This document shows, piece by piece, positions 47,905 to 59,395 of a stretch of DNA of 64,000 bases. A program made the position numbers and the translations under genes. The stretch is taken from sequence record PP456877.1. One strand, given 5' to 3'. The notes below the pieces were generated by a model, which searched no databases, was not told the DNA's origin, and saw nothing but the letters and a program-made list of their open reading frames with translations. The first letter of the stretch is position 1, and each line of letters opens with the position of its first letter.

Positions 47905-48333
47905 TTAATTTTTTGGAATAGCGATCCAAACTGTGTTCTTTAACCGATAGAATATTACAAACTTACCTGCATTTACTATAGGTATAATTTTTAATATATC
48001 CCAAAGATCAGATGCGGCTTCATAATTGTCATGAAACCATTGGATTTCTTGAGGGGTATTGTTTATTGGGCTATATCCAGTAGTATACATGAAATCAAAA
48101 GAGTCAATAGAGTATTTAAAGAAGTCATCAATTAAGCTGTCCTCTACTGATTTAAATATATGCTCTAATGTACCATAGTCATCTGGATGTATTCCAAAGC
48201 TTTGGCACCTAATTGCTAAACGCGCATTTATTAGCTCTTTTGGTGATCTTGGTACTAACTTGGCTATCACCCTTGTTACATCTATTACATACAGGTCAGC
48301 TACTTGGGGAGTAGTCACAGTACAATCTCTCAT
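47905..48333 (-). CDS. Hypothetical early protein
   Basis: First ORF after a promoter motif. Confidence 0.7.
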   Translation of the reverse strand: MRDCTVTTPQVADLYVIDVTRVIAKLVPRSPKELINARLAIRCQSFGIHPDDYGTLEHIFKSVEDSLIDDFFKYSIDSFDFMYTTGYSPINNTPQEIQWFHDNYEAASDLWDILKIIPIVNAGKFVIFYRLKNTVWIAIPKN

Positions 48334-48349
48334 TAAATGTTCAGGAACA

Positions 48350-48374
48350 TGATATAGATCTAAAAATATTTTTA
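48350..48374 (-). promoter_or_regulatory. Early-type promoter
   Basis: AAAAATATTTTTAGATCTATATCA. Confidence 0.55.
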
Positions 48375-48460
48375 GTCAAATCTGTTCGTGGTAAGCCGAT
48401 GTATATTATACCTTAGTTGGGTATTATCTCCATCGAAAAAACGCGTACAGCGCATTATAG

Positions 48461-49270
<810 letters not shown>

Positions 49271-49288
49271 AAAAAAATAAAAAAAAGA

Positions 49289-49320
49289 CATAATGCCCTC
49301 CCATTGCGGGAGGGCTTATG
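49289..49320. terminator. Bidirectional hairpin
   Basis: CATAATGCCCTCCC-ATTGC-GGGAGGGCTTATG. Confidence 0.75.
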
Positions 49321-49378
49321 CCATTAAGATAATATCTAAATAACACTATATTTAAAAACATACTGGTATAACCCATCA

Positions 49379-49684
49379 TCAATTAATACTGTTGAGAATC
49401 TTTTTGATGAGATCACCAGGTGCAATACCAATACCTGAACAATACCGTCTAAAGTTATTACACGGTTGACATGCTTTCTTTTCAACGATATTTAATTCAA
49501 AGCAAATATTGCCACGTGAATCTAGAATGGATATAAATGCTTTGTTACCTGTTACGCGATATGTCTTACCGAATACAACAGTTGTTTTATATGCAAGGCT
49601 ATTCATGATTATTCCTTTAACATGGATTATTATCATGTTTGTAATATAGCCTTTAAATGTATTTAAATATTTATTAAACCCCAT
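49379..49684 (-). CDS. Small hypothetical protein (start probably MNSLAY)
   Basis: ORF track; CxxC near the C-terminus. Confidence 0.55.
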   Translation of the reverse strand: MGFNKYLNTFKGYITNMIIIHVKGIIMNSLAYKTTVVFGKTYRVTGNKAFISILDSRGNICFELNIVEKKACQPCNNFRRYCSGIGIAPGDLIKKILNSIN

Positions 49685-49961
49685 AGCGATGAGCTATATA
49701 TGTTTTTAATACCTCATATGCCTTATCAGTTGCCATGGAACTATTGACAAAATCAGAATGATCAATCTTAATAATCTTACCGAATGAATCATAATCGATA
49801 GTTGTAACTGCTATTCGATCACTATCACGGATCAATAGTTTATTTTTATTTAAAACAAAAATATTCCATTTCTCGCCATCGGCTAAAATAACATCCTCAT
49901 CTTTAAGATTAAGACGAACAAACTGTTTTACATAAATACTTAACTGAGCAACTGTTGACAT
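49674..49961 (-). CDS. Small hypothetical protein
   Basis: ORF track. Confidence 0.6.
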   Translation of the reverse strand: MSTVAQLSIYVKQFVRLNLKDEDVILADGEKWNIFVLNKNKLLIRDSDRIAVTTIDYDSFGKIIKIDHSDFVNSSMATDKAYEVLKTYIAHRYGV

Positions 49962-50272
49962 AATGATTTCTCGATATCTGTTAATGAAATAATCATATCT
50001 TGGACATTGATGGTAATAACATTTTTATAAGTTAAATAAGTTGGATATGAACCCATAAATGTAATAGTCCCACAGATATGATTTTTATATCTAATATCAA
50101 CACATCCGTCATATCTCCAGATAAAATCAAATGATCCTTTAGTGTGGTGTTCAAGTGAAAGAATAGAACCACTAACTAATTTAGGATATTGTTCAAATTC
50201 AGACATTACATAATCTGCCAGTTCCTTAACCTCAGGATAATCAATCAATAATAGCATATACGTAAATCTCAA
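49940..50272 (-). CDS. Small hypothetical protein
   Basis: ORF track. Confidence 0.6.
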   Translation of the reverse strand: MRFTYMLLLIDYPEVKELADYVMSEFEQYPKLVSGSILSLEHHTKGSFDFIWRYDGCVDIRYKNHICGTITFMGSYPTYLTYKNVITINVQDMIISLTDIEKSLCQQLLS

Positions 50273-50742
50273 TTAGTTAATATAACACCCCATCCAGGGT
50301 GGACTCTTTCGAAAAATGGTAATGTATTATTTCGTATACTGTCTGCATCAATATTTGGAATGTGGATGGTACAACAGTGGGGGTTACTGTCAATCTTGAA
50401 ATAGAAATTATCTTTTAAATCTTCAACCTTGGATGTTTGTAATGGATATAAAATACCATTCCCCCAAACATACCAACGTCTATACAGCTTATCGTTTAAC
50501 CGCTTCTCAATAACCGAATGCGATTTGAAACGAGGAACTCGCAAACGCATCCCGTTTACTTCAGCCCATTTGTCTACCCGATCATAGCTAATAATTCCAT
50601 CCTTAACCATTACAAAGATAAATCCCTCAACTATGTTGGGGAGACGAACTACGTGTTTCAGAACCATAGTAAACGGAGATAACGTCAGATCAAGTTCAGC
50701 TGCCATTTGCTCGTCGAGCTTTTTAGCAGTGTTCTTTGCCAT
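50269..50742 (-). CDS. Hypothetical protein
   Basis: AGGAG RBS; 157 aa. Confidence 0.7.
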   Translation of the reverse strand: MAKNTAKKLDEQMAAELDLTLSPFTMVLKHVVRLPNIVEGFIFVMVKDGIISYDRVDKWAEVNGMRLRVPRFKSHSVIEKRLNDKLYRRWYVWGNGILYPLQTSKVEDLKDNFYFKIDSNPHCCTIHIPNIDADSIRNNTLPFFERVHPGWGVILTN

Positions 50743-50781
50743 CGGTTATCTCCTAATATACAGATTATTAATTATCGCTAG

Positions 50782-51264
50782 TTATTTAATATCTGCAAAA
50801 TTCTGATTTACTTTACCCATAAAAATACCATCGGCTCTATCGTCATAATAAAGCTTCCCTGCTTTAGCATTACATAAAACTCCATAAATGTGACCATTGT
50901 AACCATCAAAATTAAATAAAGATGGATTATACGGTACGTGAATGAATCCCATTTTATCGCACAGAAACTTAGCTACAGCAGCCGATCGGCTAATACCGGC
51001 CTCACAGTGTACGAATAGGTGTTGATCCTTACCAAGAGCTTCACAGAACGAAATAATACGTTGTGCATGACGATGATCAAATAGATCATAAGAAGAATCA
51101 ACATAATCCTCAATGTCGTCAACATTGATACGTAAATAATTAAGATGTCTTGCTGAATAAAGTGGGACTCTACCTTTCTCCAGTAGACAGATCATATTTC
51201 TAGGGGAATAAAATGATTCAGCTACATGTAAAGGAATATAAGTAACTGTATTTACTGGCTTCAT
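50782..51264 (-). CDS. Cys-based protein tyrosine/dual-specificity phosphatase
   Basis: FVHCEAGISRSAAVA is the HCx5R P-loop. Confidence 0.85.
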   Translation of the reverse strand: MKPVNTVTYIPLHVAESFYSPRNMICLLEKGRVPLYSARHLNYLRINVDDIEDYVDSSYDLFDHRHAQRIISFCEALGKDQHLFVHCEAGISRSAAVAKFLCDKMGFIHVPYNPSLFNFDGYNGHIYGVLCNAKAGKLYYDDRADGIFMGKVNQNFADIK

Positions 51265-51279
51265 ATTACACCTCGTTAC

Positions 51280-51310
51280 AAAAAAAATAAAAGGAGCCCC
51301 GAAGGGCTCC
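51280..51310 (-). terminator. Intrinsic terminator after phuZ
   Basis: GGAGCCC-CGAA-GGGCTCC plus a T-tract on the - strand. Confidence 0.75.
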
Positions 51311-51317
51311 AGTTATA

Positions 51318-52301
51318 TTAATCGAATACAAGACCACTACTAGTCGCTTGGTCATCCACATCTAGAGTAGACTGACGCTTACGCATATTAGCTTTGGCTC
51401 GATTCATCATTTCACGACGTTCTTCTAATCGTTTTCGAATATCTTCAACAGATAGACTAGTGATCACAAAATGCATTTGATCGAAATCATATTTCTCGGG
51501 ATCAGCATAACCAGTAGTACGAGTTAAAACAGTGTTAATGGATACTTCGCGATCAGGGTCAGTGTATAGTGAAGCAATAGAAATTGGATCCAGAATAGCC
51601 TGGGCTTCTTGACGATCAAAACACACGTGTAATTGGACAGTCTGTACAGGTACATCATGGTGTTTATGGAAGTGTGCCCAGTTAGTGATATCCATTAGAT
51701 CAAGACTTTGGTGTTCTTGATTAAATAGAGTTACTAGTGCATCTAGCACTTCAAGAATGTTTTGGTTCACCATTGACTGCGGTACACCTTCAACATTCTC
51801 ATGGTAGTTAATAATCATCGGAACTTTACTAACAGAGGAAACCCCTTCAAACGTCTTAAGGCTACCACTACTATTTCGAAGACTAATATCACTGTCGTAA
51901 GATCCAATGACTACACTTACAACTACTTCACCTTGTTGTTGTAGATGACTAACAAGGGAAGGACCAATAGTTGAACCAGAAGCGCCACCCATTGAATACA
52001 CTACAATGTTAGCATCCCCTGCTGGGAAATGATGGGCAATGGCAGGAATGTGTGAAGAGATTAGTTCTGCGGCTGCCTTACGATCTTTACCCATACCGAT
52101 AGCCCGTTTACGTGCGGTCTGGTCAGCTAGCTTAGTATCCGCTTCAATAATGATCGTATTATCATCAGTATTATGTTTGTGTTTATTTTGTACACTGGTA
52201 TCAATGTAGCAAACATCCTCATGATAGCCATGGAATAGTTCACCAATACGGAAACCAGCACCACCACAAAAGTAAATTCGAGTTTTTACTTTAGACATCA
52301 T
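51318..52301 (-). CDS. phuZ: Phage tubulin PhuZ (phiKZ gp39)
   Basis: CGGAG, GMGKDR, GGASGS tubulin signature; C-terminal SSGLVFD. Confidence 0.95.
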   Translation of the reverse strand: MMSKVKTRIYFCGGAGFRIGELFHGYHEDVCYIDTSVQNKHKHNTDDNTIIIEADTKLADQTARKRAIGMGKDRKAAAELISSHIPAIAHHFPAGDANIVVYSMGGASGSTIGPSLVSHLQQQGEVVVSVVIGSYDSDISLRNSSGSLKTFEGVSSVSKVPMIINYHENVEGVPQSMVNQNILEVLDALVTLFNQEHQSLDLMDITNWAHFHKHHDVPVQTVQLHVCFDRQEAQAILDPISIASLYTDPDREVSINTVLTRTTGYADPEKYDFDQMHFVITSLSVEDIRKRLEERREMMNRAKANMRKRQSTLDVDDQATSSGLVFD

Positions 52302-52351
52302 TACACCTCATTGTGTTTAATATAAATTCATATACCAACTTGTAAATGGTA

Positions 52352-52864
52352 TTAGTGCTTAAAAGTAACGATCTCTTCATGAGTTCGTTCTTGATGAACA
52401 ATTAATTCATTAACCACTTTACCAATATCTGATTTAAATTCAATTGCAAGCTTATCTCGACACATATAGGTTTGCCAAGTGCCACCTGACTTAACACAAT
52501 CAATAATCATGTTTAGTACATTCTTAACTTCAATCTTACTGACTTTATAACGGTAGATACTTAGAAGTTCAGTAAGCCATTTCGTTTTTGGGATTTTGGC
52601 ATTTTTACGTTCTTTAGAAATATCAAAAGGAATTAATGCAATGATCTCACCATCTTTGTTGGTGAATTCAAATACCATACCTTTTGTGTTAGCTAAAGGA
52701 CGAATGTTATAATTACCTTTAACACTGCATACTTCTTCAGATAACTTAACTAACCTATCTAGTTGAACATCAGATGCATGAATGTTATCTTCTTTAAATG
52801 CTTTCTTTAGTTCATCATGAGTTAGTGGAGTACGTACTAGAGTGTAATCTTTCTGTTCAGTCAT
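52352..52864 (-). CDS. Hypothetical protein (gp38 position)
   Basis: 170-aa ORF. Confidence 0.7.
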   Translation of the reverse strand: MTEQKDYTLVRTPLTHDELKKAFKEDNIHASDVQLDRLVKLSEEVCSVKGNYNIRPLANTKGMVFEFTNKDGEIIALIPFDISKERKNAKIPKTKWLTELLSIYRYKVSKIEVKNVLNMIIDCVKSGGTWQTYMCRDKLAIEFKSDIGKVVNELIVHQERTHEEIVTFKH

Positions 52865-53002
52865 TTTTCATTTTTTCCAATTTTTCTATTTTCAAATTAA
52901 ACGGTATTGGCTTTTTATAGCCAATCCCTTATTACTAAAAGTAATAGATTCTCGAACTAAGGATGGGTTATACCCCTTCTCTAATAATAAGGAATATTAT
53001 AT

Positions 53003-53023
53003 GGGACCCCCCCAAAGGGTCCC
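53003..53023. terminator. Hairpin
   Basis: GGGACCC-CCCCAAA-GGGTCCC. Confidence 0.5.
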
Positions 53024-53111
53024 CCCCACATAATATACTATTTATATAATTTTCTTTTTAGAAGAAAAGAGATAAATAAGAGAAATACAGTCTATTAAAG
53101 TAATGAATTTC

Positions 53112-53933
53112 TCAAAAATTAAATAGTACACCGCGCGTCCGTTGCGTCGGATTGGCCTGCCGGACGATGGTCCGGATGTGCGGTAATAGCGGGTTTTTCA
53201 AAAATACTTGCATCGCGGTTGAATTGAGCGGTTGATTATAACGTGTGATCTTAATAGTAAATAGAACTTCTTCAACATCTGAATGACATCCTTCGAAACT
53301 AAAATATACTTCAGTCCGATCAATAAACTGATACATTTCTACAGCTGGTTCAGCTGGATCTTTAAAGGCCAGCTTATTAGCGAAATAATCAGTATGGGCT
53401 AGAATTAATTCTTTTACATTAATTGCATTCTTCTTATCAACAAGGAATTCAAACTCTTCAAGGTTATCTGTTTTGAAAATACCTTGATAAGATGACGACT
53501 CGATTAGTTCATCACTGATATCATCAACATGAACGCCTGGCATAAATTCAATGACTGGTAGAATAAGCTTGTTACCTCCTACGCCGTCAGCGATATGAAT
53601 TCCAATCACATTACCATCACTAATGTATTCGTCATTACCGCAAATAACGGCACCAGCCGCTAGATATAAATTATCAACATATTTCAGATTATCGGCAATA
53701 ATGCGAGATAGTACATATTCTCGCACCATGGCATCATCTGGACTTGACTGCGGTTTAAAAGTATAGTGGGTGTTATGACTACTCATGGTCGCACATGTAA
53801 CAAAAACTGAAATATCTACTGGATTAAATACCCAATGAACGGAGATATCCTCTAATTTATGTGGATGATGTAAACCATCTAGCTTAGATAGGGCTTGGAG
53901 TTGTTCTTCCCAGGTGATGTTAAATTGAGTCAT
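53112..53933 (-). CDS. dip: Dip, RNA degradosome (RNase E) inhibitor (phiKZ gp37)
   Basis: Recognised N-terminus MTQFNITWEEQLQALSKLDGLHHPHKLED; 273 aa from ATG 53933. Confidence 0.9.
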   Translation of the reverse strand: MTQFNITWEEQLQALSKLDGLHHPHKLEDISVHWVFNPVDISVFVTCATMSSHNTHYTFKPQSSPDDAMVREYVLSRIIADNLKYVDNLYLAAGAVICGNDEYISDGNVIGIHIADGVGGNKLILPVIEFMPGVHVDDISDELIESSSYQGIFKTDNLEEFEFLVDKKNAINVKELILAHTDYFANKLAFKDPAEPAVEMYQFIDRTEVYFSFEGCHSDVEEVLFTIKITRYNQPLNSTAMQVFLKNPLLPHIRTIVRQANPTQRTRGVLFNF

Positions 53934-53969
53934 TTTTTCTAACCTCTTCATTTATTAAAAATAATACAC

Positions 53970-54782
53970 TTATTTTACTTTAGCAGTTGATACTTCACAT
54001 ACATTAACTAATTGTTCAAATAACGGTTCATTATCTGGATCATTAACTAATTTTGATGTATTAATAATAATACCAGAATACAGCATATCAGCTGCATCTC
54101 GATCACTTGTTTTGCTGGTTACACCTTCCCACTTCCATCCATAGTAAATTAAATCAAATGATGAACCAATGTTAAAGGTTGATTGAATAAATTTGCATGT
54201 ACCATTTTCTTTTAACCAATCAGGCCTATATGGTTCATTTTTATAAAATTCATGCATGAGTACTTTAAAATCAGTTTTAATGTTTTCATGAATAATGCAA
54301 TCAATAGAATTAAGAGCTTCATCAAGAGCTGATTTAGACTCAATAATGATTTCTGATACATTGGCAGATTTTAGTGTAATCATGCCTAGTTCATCTGAGT
54401 GTGCTCTTCCGATTTGAAATATATTGAGCTTACCAATTGGTAAGGTGGCTTTTAATGGCAGATTAGTATAGTGAGATACATCGCTTTTATAACTGTCTTC
54501 ATATGACTCAATTAAATTAAGCCATGCTCTTTCAATACGTGTATTCTCAAAATGCTGTTCTTCTTCTAGTAGTCTAGAAATTAGATGATTAATGTATTGA
54601 ACATTATGGCCAGTACCTGTAATTGAATTATATTTCGTATTACCGGTAATTCCCCATTTATTATTTTCTTTATTTATCCAACCGTAGATTACACTGTTTT
54701 TAGGATATTTATTTTTAAAATTATCGTATATTTCTTTTAGATGTGGATTAGGGGTAAAACTAAAAGTAGTTGATTCAGTCAT
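53970..54782 (-). CDS. AT-rich hypothetical early protein
   Basis: First ORF after an early promoter. Confidence 0.7.
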   Translation of the reverse strand: MTESTTFSFTPNPHLKEIYDNFKNKYPKNSVIYGWINKENNKWGITGNTKYNSITGTGHNVQYINHLISRLLEEEQHFENTRIERAWLNLIESYEDSYKSDVSHYTNLPLKATLPIGKLNIFQIGRAHSDELGMITLKSANVSEIIIESKSALDEALNSIDCIIHENIKTDFKVLMHEFYKNEPYRPDWLKENGTCKFIQSTFNIGSSFDLIYYGWKWEGVTSKTSDRDAADMLYSGIIINTSKLVNDPDNEPLFEQLVNVCEVSTAKVK

Positions 54783-54822
54783 TATAGATACCTATTTGAA
54801 TATTGTTTATTATTGCAAATAT

Positions 54823-54848
54823 GTAATATAGATCTTAAACTTTTTTTA
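54823..54848 (-). promoter_or_regulatory. Early promoter
   Basis: AAAAAAAGTTTAAGATCTATATTAC. Confidence 0.75.
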
Positions 54849-54854
54849 ACTCAG

Positions 54855-54884
54855 CATAAAGCCTCCCCTAGGGGAGGCAATATG
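54855..54884 (-). terminator. Hairpin; 28 nt (54851-54878) identical to 6881-6908
   Basis: TCAGCATAAAGCCTCCCCTAGGGGAGGC. Confidence 0.75.
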
Positions 54885-54885
54885 T

Positions 54886-55701
54886 TCATTTATCTATTTC
54901 AGCGTTTGGATCATACCAAGGTAATAAACTTAGTAATGCCGGTTGTTGTTTCTTCATATCCTCTAAGATTGTTGCTTCACTTGCACCTTCTAACATAGTG
55001 GTGAAAGTAATCATGTTCTTAGAGTTATATATCGGACGTAGACCATTACCAAAGAATTTTACCTGTTGAACCATTATTTTGAAATCAGGGTTATCGACTA
55101 CATCTGGGATATAGATAGCAGGTGGCGCACTGAAATAACGTTTAATTAACTCAATAGCCCAATACGTTGGTAAATCACCAAACTGTGATTTCACTGTAGC
55201 TAGGTTTAATTGGAATGCTTTAGGTTCTTCAGGCGGTGGTTCCACCGGATCAACTGGATCAGTGGGTTCTTCAGGGTCAGTAGGTTCAGTTGGCTCTTCA
55301 GGATCCTCTGGATCGCCTTCTGTTGGCTTTTCTTCAGATGTGCCACCATCAGGGTCACCTGAACCATCATCATCTTCAACGGGCTCCTCAGGCGTTTCTA
55401 TAGGCTCCTTCGGATCTTCCTGATTCTCCGATAGATCGGGCTCTTCTGATTCCCCATCTCCATTTGCTTCAGTAGAAGACGTGTCTTCTGATTCTTCATC
55501 TGTTGTCGAGTCAGTTGCGGCTGTGTTTTCTGAATCGGCAGTGGTATTTTCATTTTCACTTGATTCAGTAGAAACAATTTCAGTAGGAGTGGTTTCAAGT
55601 TCATTGACACTATCCTCTGCATTAGTTACTTCATTAGGGATTTCACTAATTTCTGATAATGTTACTGGTGCACTTACTGCGCGAGCTTTTCGTTTAGCCA
55701 T
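54886..55701 (-). CDS. Acidic low-complexity protein with Glu/Asp-Pro repeats
   Basis: PEDPEEPTEPTDPEEPTDPVDPVEPPPEEP. Confidence 0.75.
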   Translation of the reverse strand: MAKRKARAVSAPVTLSEISEIPNEVTNAEDSVNELETTPTEIVSTESSENENTTADSENTAATDSTTDEESEDTSSTEANGDGESEEPDLSENQEDPKEPIETPEEPVEDDDGSGDPDGGTSEEKPTEGDPEDPEEPTEPTDPEEPTDPVDPVEPPPEEPKAFQLNLATVKSQFGDLPTYWAIELIKRYFSAPPAIYIPDVVDNPDFKIMVQQVKFFGNGLRPIYNSKNMITFTTMLEGASEATILEDMKKQQPALLSLLPWYDPNAEIDK

Positions 55702-55710
55702 GGTTGTACC

Positions 55711-56490
<780 letters not shown>

Positions 56491-56542
56491 CTACAATTAT
56501 ATTTGAGTTATTGTACTACAGATGATAAAAGAGAAAATACAT

Positions 56543-56574
56543 CATAAGCCCTCTCCTTATGGAGAGGGCATTAT
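56543..56574 (-). terminator. Hairpin
   Basis: GCCCTCTCC-TTAT-GGAGAGGGC. Confidence 0.7.
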
Positions 56575-56576
56575 AT

Positions 56577-56780
56577 TTACATAGTGTTAAAACACGCATT
56601 AAATTTAGATAAAGAGCAACCAGTATAAATTAATGATTGCTCTAGTTGTATGATGACATCACCATTACTATCAAAATCAGCAGCAACAAAAGTAGATTCA
56701 GTTATCTTAAAAGTAGATGGTAGCATTTCTAAATAATTAAATATTGCTTGATTATCGATGTCATGAGGATTTAAATCCAT
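56577..56780 (-). CDS. Small hypothetical protein
   Basis: ORF track. Confidence 0.6.
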   Translation of the reverse strand: MDLNPHDIDNQAIFNYLEMLPSTFKITESTFVAADFDSNGDVIIQLEQSLIYTGCSLSKFNACFNTM

Positions 56781-56787
56781 ATGTTAC

Positions 56788-57657
56788 CTATACATAGATA
56801 GTTATGGACCAAATATTAACAGGGCTGCATAAGACAATTGTGATTAAATCTCCATGAGTTCTCTGATAATGGTTGGAACACATAACTTTGATTAACTTTA
56901 ATTTTTTAGTTTCTTTATTTTGAATTTCTTCGATAAGTGATTCAATAAGATCAGTAGTAATAAGTGAATGACCATCAATAAATGGTTTTATACTTACTAG
57001 CGAATCTTTGTTAAATAGAATTGCATCATCATATTCACATGTAGATGCGGTCTTGTATATGGATGCAACTTTATTAACTTTGTCATCAGTGACTATAGAA
57101 AAATTAAATTCATTCTTAGTTTTACTTAACGATGTTTCAAATAATTTATATTTATCAATAATAGTTTTATTATCAATAAATGATTTCATTCCAATATTTA
57201 AATCTATGTCCAGGGTATAAGAATTATGTATTAATCCAACTGATAGTTGAGTTTCATTACCACTATTGTTAAACTTAATATTATTAACTGAACATATCTG
57301 ATTATTAATAAATGATAATAATAATTTAGAAATAGTTTTAATAACATTAACTTCATAATCATTATTAGTACAAGCAAGTGCAGTTGTCATGTATCGACTA
57401 ACTTGACCAACATCTAGTTTCTGATAGGGACTATCACTATCTATCCATGGGTCAATAGTTAAATTAATCCTTAGACTAGCTAGAATATCGGAAGATGTTT
57501 CAGAATAAATGAAAAACACATTATTGTTAAGATCATCTTTTAGCCAACCACTAGTTCTAAGATTTTCTAGATCTTTTTCATTAGATACCGATTGACTTAA
57601 TTGCTGAATTAAACTAGGGTTAGCTAGGTTTAATAAACTAATCATTTTATAAACCAT
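56788..57657 (-). CDS. Very AT-rich hypothetical protein
   Basis: GAGG RBS; 289 aa. Confidence 0.7.
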   Translation of the reverse strand: MVYKMISLLNLANPSLIQQLSQSVSNEKDLENLRTSGWLKDDLNNNVFFIYSETSSDILASLRINLTIDPWIDSDSPYQKLDVGQVSRYMTTALACTNNDYEVNVIKTISKLLLSFINNQICSVNNIKFNNSGNETQLSVGLIHNSYTLDIDLNIGMKSFIDNKTIIDKYKLFETSLSKTKNEFNFSIVTDDKVNKVASIYKTASTCEYDDAILFNKDSLVSIKPFIDGHSLITTDLIESLIEEIQNKETKKLKLIKVMCSNHYQRTHGDLITIVLCSPVNIWSITIYV

Positions 57658-57747
57658 TTTATTATCCTCTAATTTATGTAATTACATGGAATAAATAACA
57701 TAAGTACTTTTATGACTTATGATTTGATTCTCCAGGAGGTTTTCCCA

Positions 57748-58986
57748 ATGGCAACTATTAAAGAAGTCCTTGATAGAAATTTTAAGGATGTTCAATTTGA
57801 TCGCGATTTATGTAAAAGAATTATTGACTTTACTATCAGTTTTATGAATAGGAATGCTGATCACTCTGCTTTCTTTGGTGGTGTATTACTAGGTGTACAA
57901 CAAGTTAAATTCTTCGATACGGATCGTGAGATTTGGTATGATGATGTTTTACGAATTGATGAAGCGCTGTTAGTCCAAGATTTTAAGTCAGTTGAATTCA
58001 TTGACCCTAACCATCGTGTAATGTCAGATGTATTCAATCATCTTCCTGCCTATATTTGTTCTAGGCTTTTAAAAACAACTAATGTTCCTTTGAATATTAG
58101 ACATGAAGCAATGGTTAGTTGTTTCATGGTGTTGCATTTTAAATATCTAACATCTTTACTTGTACCACGCTTTAAATATCCTGCACGTAAAGAAGTAGCC
58201 GAAGCTGCATTCGCCGCACTCAATTATCGATTTGACATTAAGACAATTGGGTCATGGGAGAAACTATTTAGGCAACGGGCTGAAGGTATCATTGCACCTG
58301 ATTCTATTTATGCACCTTTCTTAACTGGTAAAACACAAGAACTGGATTATTGGTCTGGTCGTGTAGTATCTGATACTCAAACACGTCTACGTGAATTAAT
58401 CAACAAGTACTATGATGTTTATATCAGAACACTGCAATCAGGTGGTAAATTAGTTATTTCATCAGACATGGCTATTAATTCTGATGGTGAGCAGATTCTA
58501 CGCGATAAGTCTACTGGGTATCGCTCATATCTTACTTATATCCATCAAGTTGCGCAACAAGAACAAAATTTCATTAGACCTGAGTTAGTCGGTATTATTG
58601 AAAAGATAATGCCCACAATGCCACCAGAAATGTTCATGGCGACACTTAGACACCTTTCCCGTAACATCGGTCAACCTAGGGCACAAAAGCTTGAGAAACT
58701 CGTAGATGAGTGCTTATTGTATGCTTTCGATTATATGCAATCACTCCGTACAATGGTTGCTAGAAATAATGATCTACAAACATTGCTTGTAAAAATACGA
58801 GCAAAGATAATGGCATCTAAAACAGAAAATGCTCAAGTTATTTTCATGCGTGAAGAAGGTGAGAAGTTAGTTAGGGATGCGACTAATTCTAGGGTACCTG
58901 CATATATCGCAGCAACTAGGACTGGGTTGATGTTGTATTTAATTCTACGTGCTATGACTAAGAATTACTATACAAAAACAAAATAA
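57748..58986 (+). CDS. Conserved virion structural protein (gp32 position); start MATIKE
   Basis: AGGAGG RBS before ATG 57748. Confidence 0.75.
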   Translation: MATIKEVLDRNFKDVQFDRDLCKRIIDFTISFMNRNADHSAFFGGVLLGVQQVKFFDTDREIWYDDVLRIDEALLVQDFKSVEFIDPNHRVMSDVFNHLPAYICSRLLKTTNVPLNIRHEAMVSCFMVLHFKYLTSLLVPRFKYPARKEVAEAAFAALNYRFDIKTIGSWEKLFRQRAEGIIAPDSIYAPFLTGKTQELDYWSGRVVSDTQTRLRELINKYYDVYIRTLQSGGKLVISSDMAINSDGEQILRDKSTGYRSYLTYIHQVAQQEQNFIRPELVGIIEKIMPTMPPEMFMATLRHLSRNIGQPRAQKLEKLVDECLLYAFDYMQSLRTMVARNNDLQTLLVKIRAKIMASKTENAQVIFMREEGEKLVRDATNSRVPAYIAATRTGLMLYLILRAMTKNYYTKTK

Positions 58987-58987
58987 A

Positions 58988-59019
58988 CATAATGCCCTCC
59001 CGCAATGGGAGGGCTTATG
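58988..59019. terminator. Bidirectional hairpin
   Basis: CATAATGCCCTCCC-GCAAT-GGGAGGGCTTATG. Confidence 0.75.
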
Positions 59020-59032
59020 CTGTTAAGTAACA

Positions 59033-59395
59033 TTAGCTAGATTGATCATTACATAAATTTTTCAGAGCATCGTAAATAGCCACATAAGTAAAAATAGTTA
59101 AACTATCTTTAATTTCCTTACGCGGGGTACCACTGAATCCACCCCATGATACATTTGTATTACTAACGCATACAGTGCTAATAGCTGGCTCATGATAGCC
59201 ACCATCTACTTTACGCTTTGCATAAACCTTAGCCGTAATTTCTCCACGTAACTTTTTGAAGAAAACTAGAGCACCCGGAACGACTATACGTTTATTACCA
59301 ATCTTCGTAATAAATTCTTTACGATTAGTAAAGTGCTCTTTTAATAAATCATTAATAATTTTAGTTAAACTATCAATTTCATTCTTCATCGACAC
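59033..59395 (-). CDS. Hypothetical protein
   Basis: Overlaps the upstream gene end. Confidence 0.65.
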   Translation of the reverse strand: MSMKNEIDSLTKIINDLLKEHFTNRKEFITKIGNKRIVVPGALVFFKKLRGEITAKVYAKRKVDGGYHEPAISTVCVSNTNVSWGGFSGTPRKEIKDSLTIFTYVAIYDALKNLCNDQSS

